Made by a program: the position numbers and the translations under genes. Below are positions 12,693-24,804 of a stretch of DNA of 64,000 bases, piece after piece; position 1 is the stretch's first letter; every line of letters starts with the position of its first letter. The notes beneath the pieces are model-generated. The model did no database searches, was not told the DNA's origin, and saw nothing but the letters and a program-made list of their open reading frames with translations. The stretch spans positions 172,276,507 through 172,340,506 of the forward strand of contig NC_068981.1 of NCBI RefSeq assembly GCF_001194135.2. Direction: 5' to 3'. This DNA is from Octopus bimaculoides (Eukaryota).

Positions 12693-15393
12693 TTAAATCA
12701 TACTTTACACAAAAAAAAATGATCATTTACAACAGTGTAGCACACTGTGTTCAATTTTTTATAAGAATGTCCTTAGTTCAGCTTTTTTCTTTCTTTTGTT
12801 ACTTTTGTCCACAAATTACATTATATGAGTGAATTAGGTATCCAATGGAGACATAATAGATGCAGTAGCATTACAGAATGACTGAATGCACAAATGCTTC
12901 CCAGTCAACTAATGCATATAATATTATTAACTACTTGTGCATTCTTAGTGTAAAGTGGGTGCGGTAATATTAAGTGTTGTACCAGTTGTGGTAATAAATG
13001 ACAAAATAACTTGGTTCTGAAGTTCATTGTTCTGAATTTCATAATAAATAATTTTGTTAGCAACAAAGAAATTTTGTTGGCCTCTCAGTTCATAAATGTT
13101 ATGCAGTTTGTGTCCACTATGATACTGTACATGCACGGAAAATAAGTATTGTAAAAGGATCTGAAGGAATAAAATGACTATAAATATCAATCTGAGGTAT
13201 AAATGTGAATAAAAAAGAGAGAGAGGATATGTATTTATCATTAAATTTATGTTTCTTGTAAATTAGACAACACAACTGAATGTGTAATAAAATGAACTTA
13301 CTGACAAAATGATGAATTAGTAGTAAATTGTATCTGGATGCAGTAGTGGACTACAGAAACATGAACAGAAGTTTATGAGAATTTAGAATATGGTTTGTGG
13401 GGAAGAAACAATTCTTTATTCTTGCAAAAGCCTAAACTTTGATAGATATTAGGCTTCTTCTATTCCTTTACTGGTTTCAATCATTGGATTATGGCTATAC
13501 CGAAGCGCTGCCTTCAAGAGTATAGTTATTATATCAATTGCAGTACTTGACTGGTATTTATTTTACTAACCTCAAAAGGCAAAGTCAAATGGAATTTGAT
13601 CTCAAAACATAAAGGGACTTAACCAAATACCACAAGTTTTATCTGATGCTCTACCAATTCTGCCTTGTAACAGGATGGTGATAGATATTGTTTGCTTGTT
13701 TTTTTTATTAAAAATATAATTTCATTGATCCATAAATATCTATACCTAAGACAGAAGTTTAGAGATATTTTTATTTGCCTTAGTCTGTTTAACTAGAGAA
13801 TTCATACCTGAGCAAATTGTACATGGGGAAATTTTCAGTAACCATCTCCTCGTTCTCTTGAATGTTTCTAATGATGATCATTGTTATCATTAGAAGCACA
13901 GTTCTGTGATTTAGAAATTCGTTTCATTATCTCATGGTTCCAGGTTCAATCACACTGCACGTATTTTCTATCATAGCCTCAGGCTGGCCATAACTTTATT
14001 AATGTAATTTAGTTGATGAAAATTTTGTAAGCCTACCGTGTATCTTTGATTGATGTACATCACTGAAATATGTAAATAATGAGAAAACTGAAATACTGGT
14101 ACTCTTCAAGAAAAGTTCTTTACAGCATTTATTTGACAAGATATAAACCCTTTCTTTTTACTCTGTCATCAGAATCTAAAGAACTGATGATTGGCCTACT
14201 GATGCCCTTTAACCAATGATGTTATTGTTGACTAATTGTGATAAAAATTAGTAATTTAGGTACCTGTATTGTACAGGTATTTAGATTACACATTAAAAGA
14301 TCATAGGTTTAAACACTGCACCATATGCCCCTAGCTAAAACACATTACTGTATTTCCCTCAGTTAAATCTAGTTAAAGAAAATTGTATCTGATTAGTTTT
14401 CATCAGAAAAATTATTCAGGTGCCATGCAAAATCTCTTACAATTAAACTGATAATGTAAAGAAATTCAACTTCAAAGAATTTGTACTAAAAAAAAATAAA
14501 TGTAAAAATATATAATAATAAAAGTCAATAACAAGAGAAATACCATCAACTGAAATGACTCTAGTATCACAATACAGAAACATTTCCCATGGCACCAGCA
14601 GACAAAATGGAAATGATGTTGCCTCAACCGGTAGCAAGGGAGATGCCCTGGAACAGCAACTCTGTAGACCAATAATGTATATTTTATTGGGTCTGGTGAA
14701 AAAGACGATAAAGATTTTCTTTATGTAATTTGAAGTCAAACCAGCAAGTCACTGGAGCAAATAACTGAACACAATTTAGCTGGTTCACTGTCATTTGTGT
14801 CAAATCATGTCGTTACTTTTTTAAAAAAATGAACATGTTTATCTTCTTAGAACCAATTTAATCTTGAGTCAATGAAGAAGCCTCTGCATATTCATTCAAC
14901 ATGCTAGAAGTAGTGGCCAAATCTTACCAAAAGACATATTGGGGGATGTAATCTAAGTTATACTTTGCCTCATATAAGCTGATGATCTCAGCTGGAATCT
15001 GTTTGATCATGGGATGCTTGATTTGAGCTTTGTCCTAAACAACTACAACCAACTTAATTCTGATTTTCATAGTGTAGTTTATTCTGTTAAAAAGATTTTC
15101 CAGAGCAAACCAAAGTTATGTCTGTTAGTAAGCTCTTAACAAGCCAAGCTTGTGATTTTCCTGGGTGAAAGTATTTCATTTTACTTGCTTCATTCATACC
15201 ATTGGAAAATACATACATTCACAACTTACCAATTTCACTTCTGATAGTGTGAAGCTTTGTACCAATGTGCAAAAAATTCAATATTCAGTTACTGTAGTAT
15301 ATCTGTCAGACCTTTAGTTGTGTGAAATATTCTTCTTGTATAAATGTTCCTATATTGTACAATTCCTTAACTGTTCCTTTTGATCATTTCTAG

Positions 15394-15594
15394 GTGTACC
15401 CTTTCCACCAAGTCATCGATTACAAACACTAGAGGTGTTTGACCCACGAGGCAAACCTAAACCTGATGTTTTAAAGCAGCATTTCGTGTTAGAAGGTAGA
15501 GTCACAGAGGATGTAGCATTAAGGATTATTAATGAAGGAGCAGCATTGCTGCGGCAAGAAAAGACTATGATTGACATTGAAGCACCTGTTACAG
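15394..15594 (+). CDS. PPP3CA: Calcineurin A (serine/threonine phosphatase 2B catalytic subunit), internal coding exon equivalent to vertebrate exon 2; phase 1 at both ends
   Basis: Acceptor TTTGATCATTTCTAG ends at 15393 and donor G|GTAAAT starts at 15595. Translation (G)[66 protein letters not shown] matches the calcineurin A N-terminal region (VPFPPSHRL...EGR...VALRII.EGA..LRQEK...DI.APVT). The symbol marks the family; an invertebrate gene would be co-orthologous to PPP3CA/B/C. Confidence 0.96.
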
Positions 15595-16539
15595 GTAAAT
15601 TTAAGAAGTTTTTTAATACTATTTCTTTTCTTGTGTTCTTTTTTCTTTCTTTTCATTTCAAAATTTGCAAATAATCATATTTTGGAAGCAGAAACTGAAT
15701 TATGCAACAGATATAAAAAATATTTCATTTGTATCACTTGATCTCACTGAAAGATATGTTATACTCCTATGTTACAATATAAATCAGTATTAGAAAAGGC
15801 ATTCTACTCTAAAGGCAAACTCTAATAACCCCTAAAAATTCAAAATTATCCAACCCATATTACATGAATAAAACATGCCCCAATATTTAAAAAATGTTAA
15901 TACCATCAAACTCCCATCAACAGAATATGAACATGTGATCCAAGAATCAAACCTTATCAATTTGGACACTTCATTTTTATAGAGAAAAGGACCTAGCTTT
16001 TGGAAAGTTACCTATCATAGACCATTAGATTAGCATTCAGCACAGTAGATGTTTTTTCGCAATTTGCTTTCTGGAGGTTGGTAAAATGACAAACTATAGG
16101 AAATGAAATATTTATAAATCATTTAGAAGTATAAACATCTATTGTTTGAAATGCTAGAATGGATCTATACAAAGAACCATTTTTAACTCTCATTTTAACA
16201 AATATGGATTGGTTGTTTTCTCAGTTACATTTAGTATCATTTCAGCAGCAAACTTTACTGGCATATTCACACAGTTGAAATTCAGTATGGTACCTTTCTA
16301 CTGTGACATTTTTTCTTATTCTATTCTGACATGCAGTAACGACTCATTGAATTGTTTTCTTTTCTTTTTTTTTTTCTTAACTTAGCCATTTTCTTTGAAG
16401 TATTATCTTCAACATCTAAATAAAATAGTTGTAGATAACATAAGGGAACGTTTTTCTTTAAAAACTTTTTGTAGTTATACTTAGAAAACAGGTTCAGGTA
16501 TGAAAGCTGTTTTTTCTCTTCTGACATAGGTTGGTTAGG

Positions 16540-16670
16540 TTTGCCACACAGTGAATTTCTAAAATCATTTTAATCCTGCATCATCTTTTCTGTAAAACCC
16601 AACATTCTTTGATCTATCTTCAACCATTTTCCCTAAGTCTTACTTGGTCTTCTTCTACAAGCTACAAATA
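16540..16670 (-). mobile_element. RTE-clade LINE C-terminal relic
   Basis: Minus strand reads roughly RRPSKT*GK..ED.RMLGFTEKMMQD, resembling the RTE ORF end (RGRPRKTW..V..D...LGL...M..DR). Confidence 0.5.
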
Positions 16671-18164
16671 ACTCCAACAAAATTTCTTCACCTAGATTGC
16701 ATCCTCTATTTATATGATACATCTCCATAATAAAACTTGAAATTACAATACAAGTGCTAAGTACTTTAAAAGTATTTAACTACAAAAGATGCTAACCTCA
16801 TACAGTGTCTTACTTCACTTTTTTCTTACTTTTATGTTTGTATAATAATTTTTCTTTGAAAAAGTAGCAACCTCTTTTGTTTCTCAATTTGAAATGGATA
16901 TGCAAGCTGTTTTAAAATCTCAAGTTTCTTGACTAATTTGTGTATATTTCATTGGAACTGTTATGTACTTGCTTAATTTTTAATTTCTAATTATAAATGT
17001 TCTTTATTTTTAATTGGCACACACCAATTCCATAACAACAAATTAATAATGATGATAAAATCCTCCCAAAATTAAGCAATTATCCTCGATAGCTTTTTTT
17101 TATTTAGATTCTTTTTTTTTTTTTTCCATATAGTTACTTACCTTTTTTTCTTCTTGATATGGAAAAATAATTCTTTGTTATTCAGCTAAAGTTATTATAT
17201 TACTTTATATTCCTTACTTGTATTGAATCATCTAGTTTATATTAAAACATAGTGTAAGATGATGACAATGCAATAGCAGCAGTTTACACTGCAGACACTC
17301 CCTTTATCAACTGTTGACTGGAGATCACAACAGTTTTGACACCATAGTGGCGCTATACAAGCAATGATGTGACCAGGAAATATATCTGGGTCATTTTGGA
17401 CCATGTTGTAGTATGCTTTTTATCTCTACCATCCATGCAACCACCACACCAAACTAAACACAGCTGTAACCACTCCAGCTATGCAACAATTACTTTACTA
17501 CTTAGGATTTGCTTTTTGCTCTCAGCTTTGGTCTTTCTCTCACATGTATCTACCATATCCTTATGATGAAGTATTTTCTGCTTCCCTTCCCACTTCATGA
17601 ACATTGTTCTGCCTTTGTCCAATGAGTAGTAGTCATTGTGGATTTTGTTACAAATTCATGATATTCTACCTCCATTGAAAGTATCATGCACTGCAATCCT
17701 CATGACACACACAATTCCTTTAGTCCTTCATATCTAAGGCCTTTGTTCTTGTGTGACTACTCAGTATTGTCTTTGCAAGGTACCATCAGCTTGAAAGGAA
17801 ATTTTTTTTTGATTTTGTCAGACCTTGCCATAAAGTCAGAGCATTGTGGCAATATTATTTGAGAACTTGTACCTTCCAGTCATTAACACTATGCAGAAGT
17901 CTGAATATTGGCTTTCTTTTGCTTACACTCCTGTGTATCATGCTCCTTGTGGAAAGACACAATACAACTTGATGATATTTGCATTAAAACTACTGCTTGT
18001 TGCATTACTGCATTAGCAAGGCTACTCAGGGCTTAGTTATGCTACTAGGCATGTCCTGCAAGAAATGACTTGCATTCTCCAATGATGCATAAACATCATG
18101 CTGATGGCAAATAGGAGGAATTTCAACCTGGTTGATTTCTATTTTCCACAGTGCATGCTATATG

Positions 18165-18431
18165 CATAGGCCCGGGAACAGGAGGTGCAGGAAGTGCAAG
18201 TGCACCCTTCAAAATTTTTGTGGGGTACAAAATCAAAATTTGCACCCCTACTTACTTTTTTCGTGTTTAGAAAACAGTGAATAAAAAGTGATCTAGAAAA
18301 AGTAGCTCAAAGTTAAGTTTCTTCACAAAGAACAAAAATAAATAAATAAAAAAAACAATAAGACCTTGTTTGTAAAAATTTTTGGACCTGGGTTTGCACC
18401 CCCTATGAAAATTTTGTTCCCCAAGCCAATG
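18165..18431. mobile_element. hAT-type MITE (267 bp) with 8-bp TSD
   Basis: Imperfect TIRs CATAGGCCCGGGAACA / TGTTCCCCAAGCCAATG. Identical flanking 8-mer GCTATATG at 18157-18164 and 18432-18439. Confidence 0.88.
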
Positions 18432-19529
18432 GCTATATGATAGATTCCTTTGTTCTGCTGCTCACATGGTACCCATGCATTCTGGCTTTCTAACCTTATT
18501 TCTTTAGACACCCCACTCCACTTTAACATAATGAATTTATTTCATCATAATTTCTCACTTGCTTTTGTTATTCTAGTGTTCTGCTCTGCACCTGTTACCT
18601 CTCTCATTTCAAAGATGATCTCTAATATAGTAAAGGAGGAAAAACACTGAAACATTAGTTCATATACTAATGTGTCAAAATAACACTAAATTGTACTGAG
18701 AATATTTTGTTATACAAACTCAATTTAAATAATGTATACAAGCTGCAGGAGAAGTTACTATACTTATCTAATGTAAAGTTACTGTCATTTGAACATCATT
18801 TTTATTCTAACAGATTATGAGGATTAACTTTGTTATTAATTTCTTAAAACTGCTTGTCCTCTCTTAGATATCAGCCTTCTAAAGCAGATTTTTTCCTATA
18901 AATTTAGCCTGCTTTTTTTAGTTTTATTAATCTTCAGTTGTTGGTAACTGTTGCTATATACCATGTAGATTAGATCATATAAATATTTTACTTTTTGAAC
19001 AAATAAATTCTCATTCTTTTGTTGATAATATAGGATTAGCTATTCTGTTATATTCCATTCTTAATCATTACACAATAACTTGTGCTGCTTCTATTGTGTG
19101 GGCATTTTTATGCATTCAAATATATATTTTAGCTGTATTTAACAAAGCCACTTCAATACAAATATGGAAATAAAGGAATGTAAACAAAACAAGAACAATG
19201 ATTTGGATTTTTACCTTGTATTTTAATTTTTTAGATTTAAAACTTCTTATTAAGAAAATGGAGAACAAACTAGCTGTCTGCACTGAACTAATATAACTAA
19301 GCAGATTTTTTTTTCCTCAAATGCTAACATTGAAGAAGAAGGGAATGTGCAGAATCAGTCAATCAGTGTAACTCAGTTCAAGTCTTTTGTTGATGGGTAG
19401 ATTTTATCAGGAGAGTTTCTTTAATCCTTGCATTTCCAATATTTCAACTTGTAGCTTTGGCAGTAACACTGATATCCTTATTATGACATCTTTTCAGATT
19501 GTTTTTAACAGTGGAAGCATTTGTATAAG

Positions 19530-20560
19530 TTTAATCTTTAATGTATATGTGCAGTTTTCAAATAGTGTTACCAATGCAAGATTACCACATTTAATACAAA
19601 CTACATGGTATTATGTACCATATAGTTGATGGAGCAGTTGGCTAACATGCAAATGATATATTCAGTTTCTCCTTATAGATCACCTGATATTTTACAGCAG
19701 CTGTTCTATCATTAAAATATATCAATTAAAAAAAAAACAAGAGTTATTATTGTTGAAAACGTGAACCTTCTTTGGGATTATATTATCAATTCAGTGTCTG
19801 ACAAAGGATGCTGGATATTTGTTATTCCTTAACACTTTTTGGAACTTCATGGTATTGGCAGCTCTGTCACCTGCTTTACAGTATCTATGATGTTTATGTA
19901 AAATTTTATTTTATACATAGGTAGTCATGGTTCTGGTAAGTAGGGCTGATCTGTAGTGTGCAGAAATCTGCAAAGTAGCTTTTCTGTTGAAGATGGTATT
20001 AATGGATCTCTTCTCTGGGATTTGGTGTCTGAAATCAAAGAGAGAGATCTAATCTCATCTATTTCAAAGTCTATGTGCTTATTGCTATTACTGAACATTT
20101 TATTTATGTTAATTGCTTCCCTACATGAAATCAGCTTGAAAATGTCATCTACATATCTGGGGAATATAGCACAGATAAATCAGGTGTTAAATGCACTAGA
20201 CTCTTGCTAGCCCATGTATGTAATGGCTATTAAACCTGATAAACTTGATACTATAAATAGTCCCAATGTCTGTTTATATATATTTATATGTTGATTGCAA
20301 TAATGGTTGGGAGTTTATAGATGTCTAAAGATTTGAAGCCAAAGCAGAAGTTGGAAGAAATAATGCAGTCTGTTATTAGGTTGACAGCTGGGAGAATAAG
20401 TACAGAAGTGTGTAAAGGGAGATGACATCTAAGCTAATGGTGTTTCTTATTATGTTTAAGTCTAGTGAAGTCAAAATGATTTAGTCTGCTAATAATGTCA
20501 TTAGAGTTGGGTTTGTATATTTTAATTAGGTAGTACAAGATGGTTAGTCTGCTATTTCTG
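19530..20560 (-). mobile_element. Degenerate Penelope-like element (RT + GIY-YIG relic); probably extends further on both sides
   Basis: In correct order on the minus strand: YYLIKIYKPNSNDIIS (20535-20488; cf. FYGLPKIHKP...PIIS), RYVDDIF (20158-20138), and Y-IIPCS...CG...CIGNTI*KLHI (19620-19540; GIY-YIG-like). Confidence 0.7.
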
Positions 20561-21243
20561 GCAGTGAAATTTCACTTAACTTTATTTGAGAATCCTCTGT
20601 GGTTACAAATGTCCATCCAACTGGTATTTATAGTTTATAACTATGTACATGTCCTGTTGGCAACCATTTTGTATTACATAATATTCCTTTAGGTGTTTGA
20701 CTAGAAGCTAGTTGGATGTGATTTTATCTGAAGATGGATATACAAAATCCTTAGATTGTAGACTGAGGGTTACAGGAGCCAAGACTGAGCATTTCTGTAA
20801 GATGTTGAAGATGCACTGTTTAAGTTTAAAGAGTTTAATGTTGAGTCAAGTCTTGGTTGAAAGAGGATTGTCTATTGGGGTAGAAGTTGGTTTTAGAGCT
20901 GATATTCATTTTAATTTGTAGACAGTTGTACAAACGTTTGTTTCTGTGTCCTGTCGAAGTTTATCCTTAAACCATTGGATTAAGATGGATTTGGAACTGG
21001 AGCTTAGTAATTTGTAACTGTGGATGACGAAGATCCAGGTTTGTGACTGGTTGAAAATGCAATGATGGCCTATGTGTCTATGATGTTGATAGCAGATTTG
21101 AATCCAAAAGAATTTGTTTGATTTGCTCTTTGTAATAGTCTATTCAATTTTGGTAACATTTGCTAATCACATTGGAATAAGTATGATATTCTAGTGCTGG
21201 GAAGTAGACAAAGTTTGAATCTTAATTTTGGAATCTCTAAGAT

Positions 21244-21565
21244 CACCACCATCATCATCATTTAACGTCCTTTGTCCATGTTGGCATGGGTTGGATGATT
21301 TGACCAGAGCTGGTAAGCTGAGGAGCTGCACCAGACTCCAGTCTGATTTGGCATGATTTCTAAGGCTGGATACCCTTCCTAACACCAACCACTCTAAGAG
21401 TGTAATGAATGATTTTACATGCCACTGGCACAGGTGCCAGTTGTGTGACACTAGTATCTGCCACAGCTACAATTTCACTTGGCTAGATGGGTTTTCTTCT
21501 GAAGCACAGCATGTTGCTGTGGGTCTCGGTCATTTGTCATTGCCTCCATGAAGCACAATGCTCAA
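21244..21565 (-). mobile_element. Old retroposon copy with RTE-type 3' tail
   Basis: CATCATCATTTAACGTCC...CATGGGTTGGATG...GGATACCCTTCCTAACACCAACCAC is homologous to 23540-23720. Confidence 0.75.
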
Positions 21566-22479
21566 ATATTTTCTTCTAGTATATGGTGGTGTCACCAGAA
21601 CTTCTCACCACGAAGTTATGTATGAAACTGAAAGAGCTTTGAAAGGTATTCAAGCACAAGCTTTATATAGGTGAATGTTTATGATAGTGTTAGGGGTAAC
21701 ACTTCATTTTAAACAAGCATCCAATCTTAGCATATTTCTTCAATAGATTGAATAAGTTTATCATTTTAGTAAATTTAACCTGACTGAGGCATAATGACAT
21801 CAGTATATTATATTTTTGCAATATCAGATTTTACACTTGTTATTATACTATCATTTCTCTAAAACTTACTAGTGACTTAAACAGCTATAAGGCTTTATGG
21901 TTAGTGACAATGCTAATCCACAGGCCAAATTATTTTATTCAGCAAGCTACCAGCATTTCAAATTATATAATTTATGTACATATGTAAACCAAATATATTT
22001 TAAAGAATAGCAATATACCGAACCAACTGCAGCTGGTACAGCTTGAGGCAAATTAAAGCTAAGCATACGCACACACATATGATGATGATGATAACTGCCT
22101 CACATGAAAACAAAATGAATTGAAATGATTATTGAGACATTTCTATGTCTTTGGATTTAAGTGACAAAAGCTTGTACAACACTTATGCCACTTTCTCAGT
22201 TGCCATAGTAGGTTCCAGTGACAAACATTGCAAGATGACCGGTACTATTTTGACGACAAGTTTTATGTCAGAGTAACTTTCTCCTGGAAGAGTTGCCTTC
22301 CCCACAGCTTTGTCAAATAATAACAGGAGCCTCCTCTACCCCTGGAAAATCTATTTAACCCATAGAAGAGACCCTGGTAGGTACTGTCATTCCAGATCAG
22401 AAGGGATCTGGAAGTAATGGTATTTAAGGGAGACTAGGAAATACACATAAGGTAGTGATACCCCAATACCCACAGAATG

Positions 22480-22920
22480 TACATGCATAGGTACATTTGC
22501 TAGTAGGCTGTTATGTAGGGAAATATATCTATATATAGGTAGATAAATGGGTATGTAGGTAAGCAGATAGGTACATAGGTTATATNNNNNNNNNNAGGTA
22601 AGCAGATAGGTACATAGGTTATATGGACAGACAAGCAGACACACATATGCACAAAAACACATATGGAGAAACATCCATACACAGCAGACACATGTACATA
22701 GTCACAAACCCATACACAGACACACTCTAACATGCACAAACAAAGAGACAGAGGTACACACACACACACACACACACACAAACATGAATATGCAGAATAC
22801 ATACATACACACGCATATATACATATATGCATACACACATACATATGTACATATGTGTGTGCACAAACACATGCATACTAATGCACACACATGCACAGAC
22901 AGACAGAAGGAATGCAGCAC
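22480..22920. repeat. Degenerate CA/TA-rich low-complexity tract
   Basis: Interspersed ACAC/ATAC/ATAT units, including (AC)n near 22757-22778. Confidence 0.85.
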
Positions 22921-23121
22921 CAATAATGGACAGTCAACATCCATTGAGAAGGTTGCAAAAGTGACAAAAATTTTGAAAGAAAAAACAAATATAAATAATG
23001 AGTGGAAATTGAACCAGTGAGTGTATTAGAATAGGCAATATGACTCTCCCCAGACACAAAATTTGCTTCAACAATTGAATTCACATAATCTTGCAAACCA
23101 GATACAAAACTAAAGTATGTA

Positions 23122-23153
<32 letters not shown>

Positions 23154-23539
23154 ATACAAGAAGATGGAATGAACAGGCCTTAATCCAAATCACGACAATT
23201 GTTTCTGTACATTGGTATCAGCTGGTAATTGCTGAGTGTTCCACTCCTTTTCTTTACACACTTTATTCAAACAAATGTTCCAGTTAATTTGTCTAACTCA
23301 TGCTAGCGTGGAAGACGGACATTAGATGATGAAGATGAAATGCAAATATATTTCAACAAATACTGCATGTTAGGAGTAACTTAAAGCATGTTCGAAGTGC
23401 CTTACAGGAAACATACTAGTTTTCCTGAAAAGTATTTGAACGTGAAATTAAATTGATTACAATAATTTCCAGCATCTTTCATTTGACAGTTTCTTGATAA
23501 AGTGTTGTAAACTATTGATTAGTGATAGAAGAGACAGTA

Positions 23540-23846
23540 CATCATCATCATCATCATCATCATCGTTTAACGTCCGCTTTCCATGCTAGCATGGGTTGGA
23601 CGATTTGACTGAGGACTGGTGAAACCGGATGGCAACACCAGGCTCCAGTCTGATTTGGCAGAGTTTCTACAGCTGGATGCCCTTCCTAACGCCAACCACT
23701 CAGAGAGTGTAGTGGGTGCTTTTACGTGTCACCCGCACGAAAACGGCCACGCTCGAAATGGTGTCTTTTATGTGCCACCCGCACAAGCCAGTCCAGGGGC
23801 ACTGGCAACGATCTCGCTCGAAAATCCTACAGGAGCCAGTCAGGCG
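23540..23846 (-). mobile_element. Young CpG-rich SINE-like retroposon with (GAT)8 tail
   Basis: (CAT)8 followed by CGTTTAACGTCCGCTTTCCATGCTAGCATGGGTTGG. Nearly identical to 32426-32604. Confidence 0.85.
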
Positions 23847-24804
23847 AGATTCAAACCAGTCACAAGCATTGTATCCTTCAGTTTACTTAGTATTTAAATA
23901 TAGTCTTATTTTTATCATGAAATGGTAAGAAAGTGTCCAGGCCATTTTATGTCCTTGTAGGTTGAGGCGTTAAACCACTGGGAGGAAGTTATTGATTTGA
24001 TATTAAAAAGAACATCTCGCTGAACATCTTTTCTAGTTAATCACACTGTTGTTGAAATTTACAAATGTTTGGTAACATAAAAGAGACATAATAATTGGAG
24101 AATAACAACAAAGTCATCTCCTCCACTTACAAAAAATATTTTTTCATAGTTTATATTAGTTTCTTTAAAACAAAAAAAAAGACTATTTCTAAATTTTTTT
24201 TTTAAATGTCTTCTGTTTAATAATATTTGATTTATATCATAAAGGTTAACTTTAATAGTTTAATGCCTCCAGCAATTTCTATCATGCAAATGAAAGGCAA
24301 TTATTATAAACGTGTGTCTCCTGTGTAACATTCAAGCTATAGAAATGCTTATGTCTCCGAACATCTTTAGGGAATAGGAACAAGATAATGTATATTCAGC
24401 TAAGCAATTCTCTACTTAAAAGGTTTCTAATCCCTTTTGATGTCTCTGTCATCAACAAGGATGATCTCATTATTCAACCAAATAGCACTGTTAATGCAGT
24501 AGAGTGGCTAAAAGGGACAGTTTTCTCTGAACTTTCTCTAACTCTATAACCTTTTGTTAACATTTAGATTTCTCTAATGAAGCAAAATGGCACTTGCAAA
24601 GATGGATGTGTCATTATATCAACAGATATAGTAAACAAGCCTTGTCACTAACTATTATAATAAATAACCGAAGATATCTTAGAAATATTTTCCATTGGGA
24701 GTAAAGAATGGAATAAGTTATGTTTAGTAGCCTTGAATAAAATTATCTTAACTTTTCCAAAAGCTTTGTTTCTATAATCAATATTTTAATATCAGTGGAT
24801 GCTT

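Noticed and set aside
15392-15399. AG|GT recursive-splice site at the exon 2 acceptor
   Set aside because: The GT is simply part of a Gly codon and GTGTAC is a poor donor. I saw no strong polypyrimidine-AG|GTRAG site in the large intron.
15435-15674. ORF-track ORFs 15435-15674 and 54761-54994 as complete genes
   Set aside because: Similarity to calcineurin stops exactly at GT/AG splice sites; the extra residues are intron read-through.
22926-22970. Peptide GQSTSIEKVAKV faintly like the calcineurin exon-1 STT.RVVK motif
   Set aside because: It lies downstream of exon 2, inside the 39-kb intron at the edge of low-complexity DNA, and has no suitable donor.
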